DNA of 42,381 nt from Fidelibacterota bacterium (GCA_002701645.1 NZWP01000022.1:21982-64362); one strand, 5' to 3'; positions 9,622-19,292 are shown, numbered from the stretch's first letter. Translations and numbers: made by a program. The notes: generated by a model from the letters alone, not told the origin.

Positions 9622-10395
9622 TTAACCTTCCTTTTTTTCAGGATTTTGGAATGACCAAAAACCTAGTATAACTACAACAAACAACATCATCCAAAACGTT
9701 CCATAGTTATAATCAGGAGAAGAAAATAAAATTAGATCATTAAAACGACCAATTAATAATGAAATACGTCCCATAACCGCAAAACCAAACGATGCTCCAA
9801 AACTGATCATTAAAAAATAAATTCCTAATCGCGTAAATTTTCCATAAGAACCGGTCTGTTCTCTTGAGAAATAAAAATACATTAATGCGCTAATTGTACC
9901 TACTAAGATAACAATATTATTAAATACGCTGTCTCCTGACATATTAAAAAATGGTAGAGAACCACTAAATATATCTACGGCACTTGCGCTGATTTGACTC
10001 AATACATTAGAGCTTAAATATCCATATGTCTTTAATCCAGCTGCAATCCCTACTGTGTAAGCGATACCCCATCTTGCCATCCAGTTAAACTGCTTAAAAA
10101 TACTAAGCAACATCATTACACCTAATAATAATGGAAAGAAATAAAGAACATTAAATTCATGATTAAAGTCAACTTCGGCAATAAATGCCAAAGGACCGTC
10201 TTTAGGAAATAGTCTCCCAAATAGATTAGGATAAATTTGTGTCCAATAGAAAGTAGCTGCCCAGTAAGCTGCTGACACACCAACAAAAACATGTTCTGCA
10301 ATCTTATAAAAAGGATTATCTCTATATAGGTAAGATAAAATACCTAATGTCAAAAATGCTGCAATCCATGCACCGAGAATTGTAGAAAATGCCAT
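9622..10395 (-). CDS. Uncharacterised polytopic membrane protein (GlmL-module subunit)
   Basis: About 7-8 hydrophobic segments; motifs LSYLYRDNPFYKIAEHVFVGVSAAY and MISFGASFGFAVMGRISLLIGR; 1-nt gap to the upstream gene. Confidence 0.8.
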   Translation of the reverse strand: MAFSTILGAWIAAFLTLGILSYLYRDNPFYKIAEHVFVGVSAAYWAATFYWTQIYPNLFGRLFPKDGPLAFIAEVDFNHEFNVLYFFPLLLGVMMLLSIFKQFNWMARWGIAYTVGIAAGLKTYGYLSSNVLSQISASAVDIFSGSLPFFNMSGDSVFNNIVILVGTISALMYFYFSREQTGSYGKFTRLGIYFLMISFGASFGFAVMGRISLLIGRFNDLILFSSPDYNYGTFWMMLFVVVILGFWSFQNPEKKEG

Positions 10396-10396
10396 A

Positions 10397-11239
10397 CTAA
10401 TATTTCCTCTCTCTTCTCTCTGTTATAAAATATGCTAGATTACCTAGAACGATAAAGAATACAATAACCAAATGTGCAAATGATTGTGCAGCCATTCCTT
10501 TAATTGCAATACCTGGCGTACCAATTAACTTTTCGTACTCTGCTGCTCCTGGCATTCCAGCAAGAATTCCTCTTACTTGCCCACTCTGAACATAAGGCAT
10601 CACTTCATTTACTTGAATTGATGTTGTTCCAGACGATAATGGCACACCGGTTGGATCTCCGCCATATTGCACCCATTCAAAAGTACCTGGATACCCAGCA
10701 GAACCAGTAAAGATAAATTGAAAATCTTTTAAATTATTTACACCATCCATCATAGGTATGTCTGCAAGCATTGTTCCTTTAGAGTCTACGGTATAAACCT
10801 TGCGTAAATCACTAGCAAGCCCCTTAACAATCGCTTCATTTCCTGGTCTAAAACCTAATAATACATAGTCTTCATATTCTACTAATTCAAATTCTTTATT
10901 AATCTCCTCTAATGCATCAAGAGCCATATATAGTCCGTCAGGCCATAAACAAGTAATATATATCTGATGGTCTTTGCGTAAAAGCTGTCTCATTACCCCC
11001 AATGTCATTGGATGAATCTCAGGTTTAGTACTTGGACCATAATCAAATGACATCAATACTTTTGAATTTGCAGGAATTGCATCAATTGCATTATAAACTT
11101 TTTCAGTAGTTGGTGTCGTTCTAATCGGTAGGTCTATTGGACGTAAAAGCGGTATGAATACTGCTAAACCAATTAATAGGAAGATAAATCTTCTATCAAC
11201 AGAACCAAACTTTAATATCATATCTTCTAAAAATTTCAT
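10397..11239 (-). CDS. Uncharacterised membrane-anchored protein (TM, soluble alpha/beta domain, TM; GlmL-module subunit)
   Basis: N- and C-terminal TM helices flank a soluble domain (SFDYGPSTKPE, GILAGMPGAAEYE); TAATG overlap with the upstream gene. Confidence 0.8.
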   Translation of the reverse strand: MKFLEDMILKFGSVDRRFIFLLIGLAVFIPLLRPIDLPIRTTPTTEKVYNAIDAIPANSKVLMSFDYGPSTKPEIHPMTLGVMRQLLRKDHQIYITCLWPDGLYMALDALEEINKEFELVEYEDYVLLGFRPGNEAIVKGLASDLRKVYTVDSKGTMLADIPMMDGVNNLKDFQFIFTGSAGYPGTFEWVQYGGDPTGVPLSSGTTSIQVNEVMPYVQSGQVRGILAGMPGAAEYEKLIGTPGIAIKGMAAQSFAHLVIVFFIVLGNLAYFITERRERKY

Positions 11240-12141
11240 TATTGGTCACCTATATATGATTTTTCTAATCCAAAGATGTAACGTAAACTAGTTACAATAA
11301 TTCCTAAACCAATCCCAATCATAATTGCTCTTGCTCCAGCTAAATTTGGAACCGTATAAACCCACTCTTGTAGTGATGGTAAGAAGAATATTGCAGGTTC
11401 GGTTGGATTCCAATCCATGCTCATACCTAATACAGTAACACCTAATAGACCTAAAACAAATGAACCAAAAATAAGTTTACGGTCTTTGAAGTAAGTACTC
11501 ATAAATATTGTCCCAACAAATACTAGTAGATACATTATCATCCAAGGTGTAATTAAACTACCTATAGGTACTCTACCTAACATAATAATAATACCAGCTA
11601 ACAATAATAATGTAGCTTCAAAATTTCTTGCTCTAAATGCACGATATGAAGCCGAAGCAACATAAAACGCAAGCAATGCAAACATGGTTGCAGATAAAGG
11701 AGTAAAAATACTGTCAAACATCCATTTGAATAAACCACCTTCTGCAGAAATATGTGCTCCCCATTCCACTGCTCTCACAGCTTCTGAAGATCCAGATACT
11801 AAAATAGCTTGTTCGGCTGCCTTTTGTGTAAAGTATACATCTTCACCTACAAAGAAAGCTCCTTTCATAAAGAAACCAATTGTAAAAGCAAAAAAGAAAG
11901 ATGAGATAGCAACGACACTATACTGCCATCCTGACTGTCTTTTTGCTACTTTTAAAAATTGTAATTTTAATAAGTTTAATGCTCCAAGGAAAATTGCAAA
12001 ACTTGCAATAATATCATACCACTGGGTCGCATCGTCATTTACAAACGACTCAATTGACTCATTCTCAATAAACCATCCAAACAAAGTTAAAGATCCAAAG
12101 AATGCAACAATTCCAATTGGAATATATCTCTTTAAAAACAT
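11239..12141 (-). CDS. Uncharacterised polytopic membrane protein (GlmL-module subunit)
   Basis: About 8 TM segments; motifs PLSATMFALLAFYVASASYRAFRARNFEATLLL and AGARAIMIGIGLG. Confidence 0.8.
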   Translation of the reverse strand: MFLKRYIPIGIVAFFGSLTLFGWFIENESIESFVNDDATQWYDIIASFAIFLGALNLLKLQFLKVAKRQSGWQYSVVAISSFFFAFTIGFFMKGAFFVGEDVYFTQKAAEQAILVSGSSEAVRAVEWGAHISAEGGLFKWMFDSIFTPLSATMFALLAFYVASASYRAFRARNFEATLLLLAGIIIMLGRVPIGSLITPWMIMYLLVFVGTIFMSTYFKDRKLIFGSFVLGLLGVTVLGMSMDWNPTEPAIFFLPSLQEWVYTVPNLAGARAIMIGIGLGIIVTSLRYIFGLEKSYIGDQ

Positions 12142-12142
12142 C

Positions 12143-13021
12143 CTATAAACCCAACCATGTTAAAAGATTAAAATTAGTTAACCCTAAGTCTGATAAAGCG
12201 CGTGATAACAAAGCAACTCCAATAAAACTAATCAGCATAAGCTTAACCATATCTTGCGTTTTTACACCTGCAATTAATTCAGGTTTTCTTGAAAGATACG
12301 CGCTTGCTGCAAAATATTCTTCACCCATCAATGTATAGTCACAAGCAGTCACAAAGAAAGGAATTTGCGCCTGGGATGCAGTACCTGCAATCTGAATTGC
12401 GCCAATACTATTACCAGTCTCTGCAAATAGCAACGATTCTGCATAAAACTTACCCATATACATACATGCAGCTGGTTTATCTCTTTGCATTATACCATTT
12501 ACTCCTGCCGCATAAGCAAACTGATCATCTGTAATATAATGGACCATATCTTCATTAAACATTTCTGGACGTCCTTGCGTTAAATAAGCTTCTTTACAAG
12601 ATTCTCTAGCAGCTTGCATTACAATAGATCTTGCAACAGGAACATCTAGGCCTGTTTCGTATTGTGCGGTCATTTGAGCTACATGACCTAGAATAATTAC
12701 ACCAGCAACAGTTTCCACCTCATTCATGTCCATAATACCTGGGACATAAAGAATAGGTCGGCCCATTTCAGTAGAACGACCAACAGCTTCTTCTACTGCT
12801 TTTAATCCTGGAATAGTACGTAAAAAAATTGAATCAGTAGAAATTCTAGCTTCCTTGACTTCATTTAACATTACCATTATGATAGTAAGTAAAAGAATAA
12901 ACATTACTGCTCTGTCTGATTGAAAAATATGAATAGAATCTGGAAGTTGAGTCAAAACAAAGGTAAAAAGAGTGATACCTAAAAATCCTAAAGAGTATGT
13001 TTGTATTTGCTTGTTATTCAT
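12143..13021 (-). CDS. DUF6754-like membrane-anchored protein (GlmL-module subunit)
   Basis: RTIPGLKAVEEAVGRSTEMGRP, QFAYAAGV, FYAESLLFAETG, QIPFFVTACDYTLMGEEYFAASAYLS. DUF6754 assignment is from recall. Confidence 0.72.
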   Translation of the reverse strand: MNNKQIQTYSLGFLGITLFTFVLTQLPDSIHIFQSDRAVMFILLLTIIMVMLNEVKEARISTDSIFLRTIPGLKAVEEAVGRSTEMGRPILYVPGIMDMNEVETVAGVIILGHVAQMTAQYETGLDVPVARSIVMQAARESCKEAYLTQGRPEMFNEDMVHYITDDQFAYAAGVNGIMQRDKPAACMYMGKFYAESLLFAETGNSIGAIQIAGTASQAQIPFFVTACDYTLMGEEYFAASAYLSRKPELIAGVKTQDMVKLMLISFIGVALLSRALSDLGLTNFNLLTWLGL

Positions 13022-13286
13022 TTTTGCCTAATCGCTCTAATTCACTAATTAAAAATTCTACGCTGGAATGCTGTTCAAATAATTCAGCAGCCCTATAATA
13101 ACTATCTGCTTTGACAAATGCACTAATTATTGGCCCAAAAAATACCATTGTTTGACTTCCAATGAAATTTAGAGGCTTTACCATCTCTAAAAAAAAGATT
13201 GAAGGAGTTATTAATTTTAACTTTACTATCTTATTAGCAAGCTTTGATAGGAAAGCTTTGTCGGAATCGGTTAATATATAACTCAC
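13014..13286 (-). CDS. Small uncharacterised protein (GlmL-module subunit)
   Basis: GTG start overlapping the upstream stop (GTGA); motif PSIFFLEMVKPLNFIGSQ; overlaps the downstream gene by 8 nt. Confidence 0.75.
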   Translation of the reverse strand: MSYILTDSDKAFLSKLANKIVKLKLITPSIFFLEMVKPLNFIGSQTMVFFGPIISAFVKADSYYRAAELFEQHSSVEFLISELERLGKNE

Positions 13287-14407
13287 TGCAATTCAACCAT
13301 TTCAAGGTTTGCTCTTGGGATAAGAGTATCTATTCCATCTATAGAAATCTCAGCTACTCTTACCATTGTTTCTGATTCCATCTTCTTTAATTCTGATGGC
13401 AAAGAACTTACCGTTCCAATCTTTCCAAAATTTGGTGAACGAATCACTCTAACAGTACTACCTTCTTGAATACCTTCCGGCTCTTTAGAGAAAGAATCTT
13501 CTGATTCAGACGCACTGCTTATAGGAATTACAATCTCAGGACGAATTACACCCGCTCTTATTTGTGTTGCACCATTCACTGACGCTTCATTTCCATGATT
13601 ATTTTTTAACAAATCAAATGTAGCATCACTCATTGGAATAGATCCATAGCCTTCTGTAAGAATTAACGCTGTAGGTAATTGTTCTGTACCCGTAATCGCC
13701 ACACCTAAATCATACCCTAATACTGCTTTTAAATCATAATAGTTAAATCCGCCTACTACTATTGCGGCCACATTACAGCTCATTGCTTTTTTATAAGCTT
13801 CAAGACTAAGAAATGATCCGCCTATTAAAATTTTTCCTGCCATTTCTTTTGTAATTTGATCAGGTGTTAATTCATCGGAACAACTATTAGATACTAATAC
13901 TAGTTCTCCTCTTTTTTCACCTGCAATTCCAAAAATACCTTGAATAAATGCTGCATCACACTTTAAGATAATTCCTTCTTTTTCAATTACTTTATCTACT
14001 GTACCGCTCACATAAGCATCTACTTCTACTGGTATAGGAACTTCTCTTACTATAACACGTCCTGTGCTTTCAGATATAGACTCAATCGTTCCATCTACAG
14101 GACAATCAACGGAAGATTTAAACATACCAAAAATTCCTGCTGTTTCAGCAATCATATCGCCTTTTTTAACGCTATCGCCTTCTTTGACTACTAAACAATC
14201 AACTACATCCCTAGGTTCAATATTTAAGATATTATTTACTTTTAACATCTGAACATTACCAGGAAGATTAGTAGAAGCAACGATAGTATCAGGAGATAAC
14301 TTATCGCCTTTCTTTACAAGAACTTTACCTTTTAGAGGTAGAATGCGCTCTTTTCTAAAGAGTGTCTTTTTTAATACTTTTAATCCGGGCGTATAGGAAT
14401 GTGCCAT
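13283..14407 (-). CDS. Uncharacterised soluble protein with barrel-sandwich-hybrid (biotinyl/lipoyl-like) repeats and a C-terminal KOW-like motif
   Basis: VLVKKGDKLSPDTIVA and LVVKEGDSVKKGDMIAE...CPVDGTIESI; C-terminal EGSTVRVIRSPNFGKIGTV; starts immediately after the glmL-like stop. Confidence 0.78.
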   Translation of the reverse strand: MAHSYTPGLKVLKKTLFRKERILPLKGKVLVKKGDKLSPDTIVASTNLPGNVQMLKVNNILNIEPRDVVDCLVVKEGDSVKKGDMIAETAGIFGMFKSSVDCPVDGTIESISESTGRVIVREVPIPVEVDAYVSGTVDKVIEKEGIILKCDAAFIQGIFGIAGEKRGELVLVSNSCSDELTPDQITKEMAGKILIGGSFLSLEAYKKAMSCNVAAIVVGGFNYYDLKAVLGYDLGVAITGTEQLPTALILTEGYGSIPMSDATFDLLKNNHGNEASVNGATQIRAGVIRPEIVIPISSASESEDSFSKEPEGIQEGSTVRVIRSPNFGKIGTVSSLPSELKKMESETMVRVAEISIDGIDTLIPRANLEMVELQ

Positions 14408-16234
14408 TTAAAATAAATCTCCTTTAGGATATTCATCTACTGCGCTAGACCAATTCAATAAACTGTCAATTCTTTCTGATGGATCAGCTGATAATGTAAT
14501 TGGTCTGTTACGTCCATCAAAGATTAAACCAACTACTCCTCCGTATATAACAGAATCAACTGGCTCTCCTTTTCCGGCACCAACATCTACTCCTCTTGAT
14601 GGTACTACATTAATCTTTACTTCTTCGTAAGGAACCTCAAGCATTTCAAGTGAACCTTCTAAAATTTCTATTTCTTTTGTTGACCCATCTTTAAAGGTTA
14701 GTGACACCTGAGCCATCTTAGATTTTGGCTTAACTTTACCTACTGGAGATACGCATGTTCCAAGCCTAATTAAACAATCGTTATCAAATACCTCTAAAGC
14801 TGCTTGACTTGCATCATCTTTTAATTCCTCTTTATCGATATTTGCAAGCACGCCTAATTGAGGCATCATAAAAATGGAATCCACTGCTAATTGCGTAATA
14901 CCTTCAGGCATGAAAGCATCAATAAGCATTCTAGCAGATTGTTGACGACGTGGAGCATGTGATAATACACCACCCGATCCTACTAACAAATCTAAATCCA
15001 TCATATTCACCAAAGATTTTCCGCTAGAAGACTGTTCAAATGCGTCAGATATAGTACGCTCTGATTGAACCCCTTTAAGACTAGTAGCAAAAGCTTTATG
15101 CTGAATAAAAGATAATCTCAATGCTTCTCTAGCAATTGCCTGTTCGATTACTAATTCTTCTAATGATTGTGGCACTGTAGTTGGACGTATCATCTTGTTA
15201 CCAATACGATTCGTTAATTCGCTACGATCAATATCAAAAGGTACCCATCTTAGTACATTATCCAACCCTGATTCAGCCAATACATTACAGATAGAATAAC
15301 TCATCCCAAGATTAGCACTTACTGTACGATTAAATTTTTCTTCAAATACAGAAAAAATATCTGTTGTTGCGCCACCAATATCAACTCCTACAACAGAAAT
15401 ACCTTCTTTCTTTGCAATCATTTCAATCAATGAACCTACTGCTCCAGGTGTCGGCATAATAGGAGCGTCTGTCCAAGACATTAATTTTTTATATCCAGGT
15501 GCCTGTGCCATAACATGCTCCATGAATAAATCATGAATCTTATCGCGTGAAGGCTCTAAATTTTCTCTCTCAAGAACTGGTCTAATATTATCAACAATAT
15601 CTAAATCTGATATCTCACCAAGTGTTGATTGAATAGAATCTTGTGCCTTATTATTTCCAGCATAAATAACTGGTAATTTATAATTTTGTCCTAAACGAGG
15701 TCGTGGATTTGCAGCTGCTAAAATTTCAGCCAATTCCATTACATGAGTTGTAGTTCCGCCGTCAGTTCCACCGGATAACAATATCATGTCGGGTCTTAAC
15801 TGTCTTATGCGTGTAATCTTCTCATGTGGCAACCTACCATCATTGGATGCTAAAACGTCCATTACGATTGATCCTGCGCCCAATGCAGCTCTTTCTGCGC
15901 TCTCTCCTGACATAGATTTTACTACCCCAGCTACCATCATTTGTAATCCTCCACCAGCAGAGCTTGTAGAAACATAAATATCTACTCCTTTTTCCCCACT
16001 ATCTGGTGTGATAATTTGATCCCCATTTAGAATAGTTCTACCAGACAGCTCTTCGACTTCCATTACGGCATTTAATACACCCTTAGTAACATCTTCAAAA
16101 GGAGCTTCAACGGTTGTAGGGGCTTCCCCTCTAAAAGTGAGTCTATAGCGGCCTTCTTTCCATTCAATTAGAATAGCTTTAGTGGTTGTACTGCCACAAT
16201 CTGTTGCCAATATAGATTTAATTTTTTTACTCAT
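14408..16234 (-). CDS. GlmL/MutL-family (glutamate mutase L-like) ASKHA ATPase
   Basis: Phosphate-1 ATDCGSTTTKA, APTTVE, STSSAGGGL, LSGGTDGG, IMPTPGAV, phosphate-2 VDIGGATTDIFS, VGSGGVLSHAP. Confidence 0.85.
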   Translation of the reverse strand: MSKKIKSILATDCGSTTTKAILIEWKEGRYRLTFRGEAPTTVEAPFEDVTKGVLNAVMEVEELSGRTILNGDQIITPDSGEKGVDIYVSTSSAGGGLQMMVAGVVKSMSGESAERAALGAGSIVMDVLASNDGRLPHEKITRIRQLRPDMILLSGGTDGGTTTHVMELAEILAAANPRPRLGQNYKLPVIYAGNNKAQDSIQSTLGEISDLDIVDNIRPVLERENLEPSRDKIHDLFMEHVMAQAPGYKKLMSWTDAPIMPTPGAVGSLIEMIAKKEGISVVGVDIGGATTDIFSVFEEKFNRTVSANLGMSYSICNVLAESGLDNVLRWVPFDIDRSELTNRIGNKMIRPTTVPQSLEELVIEQAIAREALRLSFIQHKAFATSLKGVQSERTISDAFEQSSSGKSLVNMMDLDLLVGSGGVLSHAPRRQQSARMLIDAFMPEGITQLAVDSIFMMPQLGVLANIDKEELKDDASQAALEVFDNDCLIRLGTCVSPVGKVKPKSKMAQVSLTFKDGSTKEIEILEGSLEMLEVPYEEVKINVVPSRGVDVGAGKGEPVDSVIYGGVVGLIFDGRNRPITLSADPSERIDSLLNWSSAVDEYPKGDLF

Positions 16235-16878
16235 AAATAATACGCAATAACATAGAACAATGTGACCGGAGTTGTCAATATTAAAGAGTCCAACCTATCT
16301 AACATGCCTCCATGACCCATTAATAGACGAGAAGAATCCTTTATATTTACTCTACGCTTCAAAGACGACTCAAAAATGTCGCCAAAAAATCCAATAATAT
16401 TCAGTATAACAATAAATACACACTTATCTATGAGTGTTAGGTTGAATATAAATTTATCGAATAAGAAGATAAATAATACAGCACTGATAAGTCCTCCAAT
16501 TAAACCAGAATATGTTTTATTTGGACTAATTGATGGTGCAATTTTCTTACCACCAATCCACTTACCAAAAATATACGCAAAAGAGTCATTTACCGAGATG
16601 CCTGCAAATAACATTAATGTAAAATAAGAACCTAGCAATGTATCAATATCTCGCAGTACTAATAAACAAAAAAGACTTCCTAATACATATATAGAACCAA
16701 ACAATACCCATAGTATTGTATTATCATTTTCTGATTTTAGCGATAAAAACTCTTTGAAAGCGATTGCTGCGGATAATACTATAAGAGAATTAAAAATCCA
16801 TCCTCCATTCAATACAGCTAAAACAACGAGAGGAAATCCTGTTAATCCTATAGCTAATCTTGACTTTAAAGCACTCAT
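16231..16878 (-). CDS. cdsA: Phosphatidate cytidylyltransferase
   Basis: DSFAYIFG, ISPNKTYSG, GDIFESSLKR...KDSS...GHGGMLDRLDS. Confidence 0.93.
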   Translation of the reverse strand: MSALKSRLAIGLTGFPLVVLAVLNGGWIFNSLIVLSAAIAFKEFLSLKSENDNTILWVLFGSIYVLGSLFCLLVLRDIDTLLGSYFTLMLFAGISVNDSFAYIFGKWIGGKKIAPSISPNKTYSGLIGGLISAVLFIFLFDKFIFNLTLIDKCVFIVILNIIGFFGDIFESSLKRRVNIKDSSRLLMGHGGMLDRLDSLILTTPVTLFYVIAYYL

Positions 16879-16904
16879 TAGGGCAAACTAATCAAAGTTT
16901 AGAA

Positions 16905-17795
16905 TTATACCAAAAGCTTAATTGTCTTTGGAAGTATTTGCGTAGAAACTTTTCTACTTTTTATTATTTCTCCATCAACATTGAAATATGAATCTTTTAA
17001 TGCATCGATAGAGAATGATTTTACTTGGCTCATATGAACATATGGTAGATCAACATGCTCGCCTGTATATACCTTCTTGAATATTGCAAATAACTGCAAC
17101 CTACTTACGTCGTCTTTTACAATCACCATATCAATCATTTCGTCGTAAAAACCTCCTAAAGGCGCTATTTTCATGCCTTTGCCGGTATGAATACTATTAC
17201 ATCCAACCATAAAAGCGCATGAAATATCAGATGTCTCACCATCGATAGAGATTTTTGCCTTATAAAGTGTCTTTTCTAATAATTTTATAACAGAGGCTAT
17301 ATCGTATCTAATTGTACCTAGAAATCTCAACTTATCTGCTAGTACATTACCGAATGAAAACATTCCCCATCCTATGATACTAACGCTCAATCTCACTTCA
17401 TTATCAAAAATAGCTTTGTTTACATCCATTAATCGGATATTGTCAGATAAGGCTCTTTTTATGGCAATATTATAGTCTAAACAGTCTATATCATGGACAA
17501 TAGAATTTCCTGATCCGGTAGGGATAATGCCAATAGGAAAAAATGAACACAAATCTGATTGATATAGTCCATTAACCACTTCATTAACTGTTCCATCTCC
17601 ACCAAATATCAAAATACGATTAAATTGATTTAATTTTAATTCTGAGACAACTTTTTTTGCATGACCCGCATATTCAGTCTTTAATAATTCGGAGGTAAAT
17701 CCGTGACTTTCAATAACATCTTTAAGTTCATAATATACTTTAAGTGATTTCTTTAACCCACTTACAGGGTTAACGATACAGAGAATATTTTTCAT
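16905..17795 (-). CDS. Diacylglycerol/lipid kinase, YegS/DAGK family
   Basis: IVNPVSG, TEYAGHA, GGDGTVNEVVNG, IPTGSGN, NVDGE. Confidence 0.9.
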   Translation of the reverse strand: MKNILCIVNPVSGLKKSLKVYYELKDVIESHGFTSELLKTEYAGHAKKVVSELKLNQFNRILIFGGDGTVNEVVNGLYQSDLCSFFPIGIIPTGSGNSIVHDIDCLDYNIAIKRALSDNIRLMDVNKAIFDNEVRLSVSIIGWGMFSFGNVLADKLRFLGTIRYDIASVIKLLEKTLYKAKISIDGETSDISCAFMVGCNSIHTGKGMKIAPLGGFYDEMIDMVIVKDDVSRLQLFAIFKKVYTGEHVDLPYVHMSQVKSFSIDALKDSYFNVDGEIIKSRKVSTQILPKTIKLLV

Positions 17796-18238
17796 TTATG
17801 ATACTTGTTATCACCAAGTCTTAAGACTTCAATTCTCACCTTCGTAGTACCTTCATTTACAAAACCTAATTTCTGTGCTGCTTTGTATGAAAGATCGATA
17901 ATGCGACCCTTAGCATAAGGACCCCTATCATTAATTGTCATAGTTAAAGATTTTCTATTTTTTAAGTTAATTACTCTTACTTTAGTTCCCAGTGGTAATG
18001 TTTTGTGCGCAGCACTCACTTTATACATATTAAAAATTTCACCATTTGCTGTGCGCTTTTTATGAAACTTACTTCCATAATACGACGCAATACCTACTTG
18101 AACCTTAGGATGGTTCTTTATAGCCTCAATTTGCTTGCGACTCATGCCTTTAGAATTAACATAGTCGCCATAAGCTATGCTTGGACCACAGCTCATGATA
18201 CAGAAGATAATTAGAGTAAATATTATATTACTTTTCAT
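17792..18238 (-). CDS. rlpA: Septal ring lytic transglycosylase RlpA-family lipoprotein
   Basis: GIASYYG, TANGE, AAHKTLPLGT, INDRGPY...RIIDLS; lipobox-like IMSC. Confidence 0.9.
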   Translation of the reverse strand: MKSNIIFTLIIFCIMSCGPSIAYGDYVNSKGMSRKQIEAIKNHPKVQVGIASYYGSKFHKKRTANGEIFNMYKVSAAHKTLPLGTKVRVINLKNRKSLTMTINDRGPYAKGRIIDLSYKAAQKLGFVNEGTTKVRIEVLRLGDNKYHK

Positions 18239-19292
18239 CTGATAACTTACTATTAATTTGAGGAATCTGAAATGGATCTATCACCAACTGACTAGCCATT
18301 CCCACTAATGTAGCGCCTTTTTCTAAAACTAGCTTTACATCTTTATAAGTTGAAATACCTCCTGTTGCAATAATAGGGATATCAAAATTAGATGCTATCA
18401 ACTCAACATTTCTTGATGTCATATCGAATAGCCCTACTCCGCTTAATCCACCGCCATCCTTAGAAAAAGTCTTCTTATTTAATCCTACAGACTCTGCAGT
18501 GATATATTTTGTATTACCTAGATTAATAGCACATCTATCAACATTAACTAAAGCCTCACAAATTTTGAACATATTGTCTTGTGTGCTATCGGGGGACACT
18601 TTTACAACAATGACATTCGAACAAGATTCTCTCATCTTATTCAACAATATTAGTAATCCCTCCATATCATCACTTAAGCATTTCCCATCGTCCGTATTTG
18701 GACAGCTAATGTTTAATTCATAAAAAAACTGATCAAATGATGCATTTTTTACTTTAGAATTAATCGTATTAAATACTTCTAAATATTCTTCTACCCTATT
18801 TCCTCCGATACTAATACCTATAGGTCTATTAAATGATAGTAGTTTTTTATTTTGAAAATGATTAGCAAAGTACTCAACTCCTTTTGTAGGAAGTCCAAGC
18901 GAGTTGATTAAACCATACCCTCCATTGTACTTAATTTCCTGTATTCTAGGCCTTTTATTGCCCTCTGACGGTCTTTTTAGAACGGTTTTATATGTCATTC
19001 CACCTAGACCTACTAGTTGCCACTGATATAGAGAGCTTATGTCATCCTTAAAAGAAGCTGCAATTAAGGGCGATGGAAAAGAAAGGTTGTAAAGTTTTGT
19101 ATCTATATTTTTTGGAATTTTGAATTTGAAAAAATATCGTAATGGAGAAATCATTAAGATATGATTCAATGAGTCGCCTATTGTAATTGCTCTCTCTAAA
19201 TCTTTTGGCCAACGTGAAAAAATAACAATCACTGTTCGACGAATAAATTTGAAATTGAATGATAGTAGTTTTGCTCTCGCTTTATTGAACAT
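18228..19292 (-). CDS. pyrD: Dihydroorotate dehydrogenase
   Basis: GNKRPRI, INSLGLP, ELNISCPN, VKVSPD, GNT, GGLSG, IIATGGI. Confidence 0.88.
   Translation of the reverse strand: MFNKARAKLLSFNFKFIRRTVIVIFSRWPKDLERAITIGDSLNHILMISPLRYFFKFKIPKNIDTKLYNLSFPSPLIAASFKDDISSLYQWQLVGLGGMTYKTVLKRPSEGNKRPRIQEIKYNGGYGLINSLGLPTKGVEYFANHFQNKKLLSFNRPIGISIGGNRVEEYLEVFNTINSKVKNASFDQFFYELNISCPNTDDGKCLSDDMEGLLILLNKMRESCSNVIVVKVSPDSTQDNMFKICEALVNVDRCAINLGNTKYITAESVGLNKKTFSKDGGGLSGVGLFDMTSRNVELIASNFDIPIIATGGISTYKDVKLVLEKGATLVGMASQLVIDPFQIPQINSKLSDEK

Noticed and set aside
11684-12534. Plus-strand ORFs antisense to the membrane-module genes (also 4074..4436, 22193..22630, 29689..30006, 41377..41724 and similar)
   Set aside because: These are shadow frames of well-supported genes, with no independent motifs or RBS.
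14408-16234. Calling this DNA mismatch repair MutL, or evidence of a glutamate mutase pathway
   Set aside because: The motifs are ASKHA/GlmL-type, not GHKL, and no mutase subunits or cobalamin-binding motif were seen in the window.
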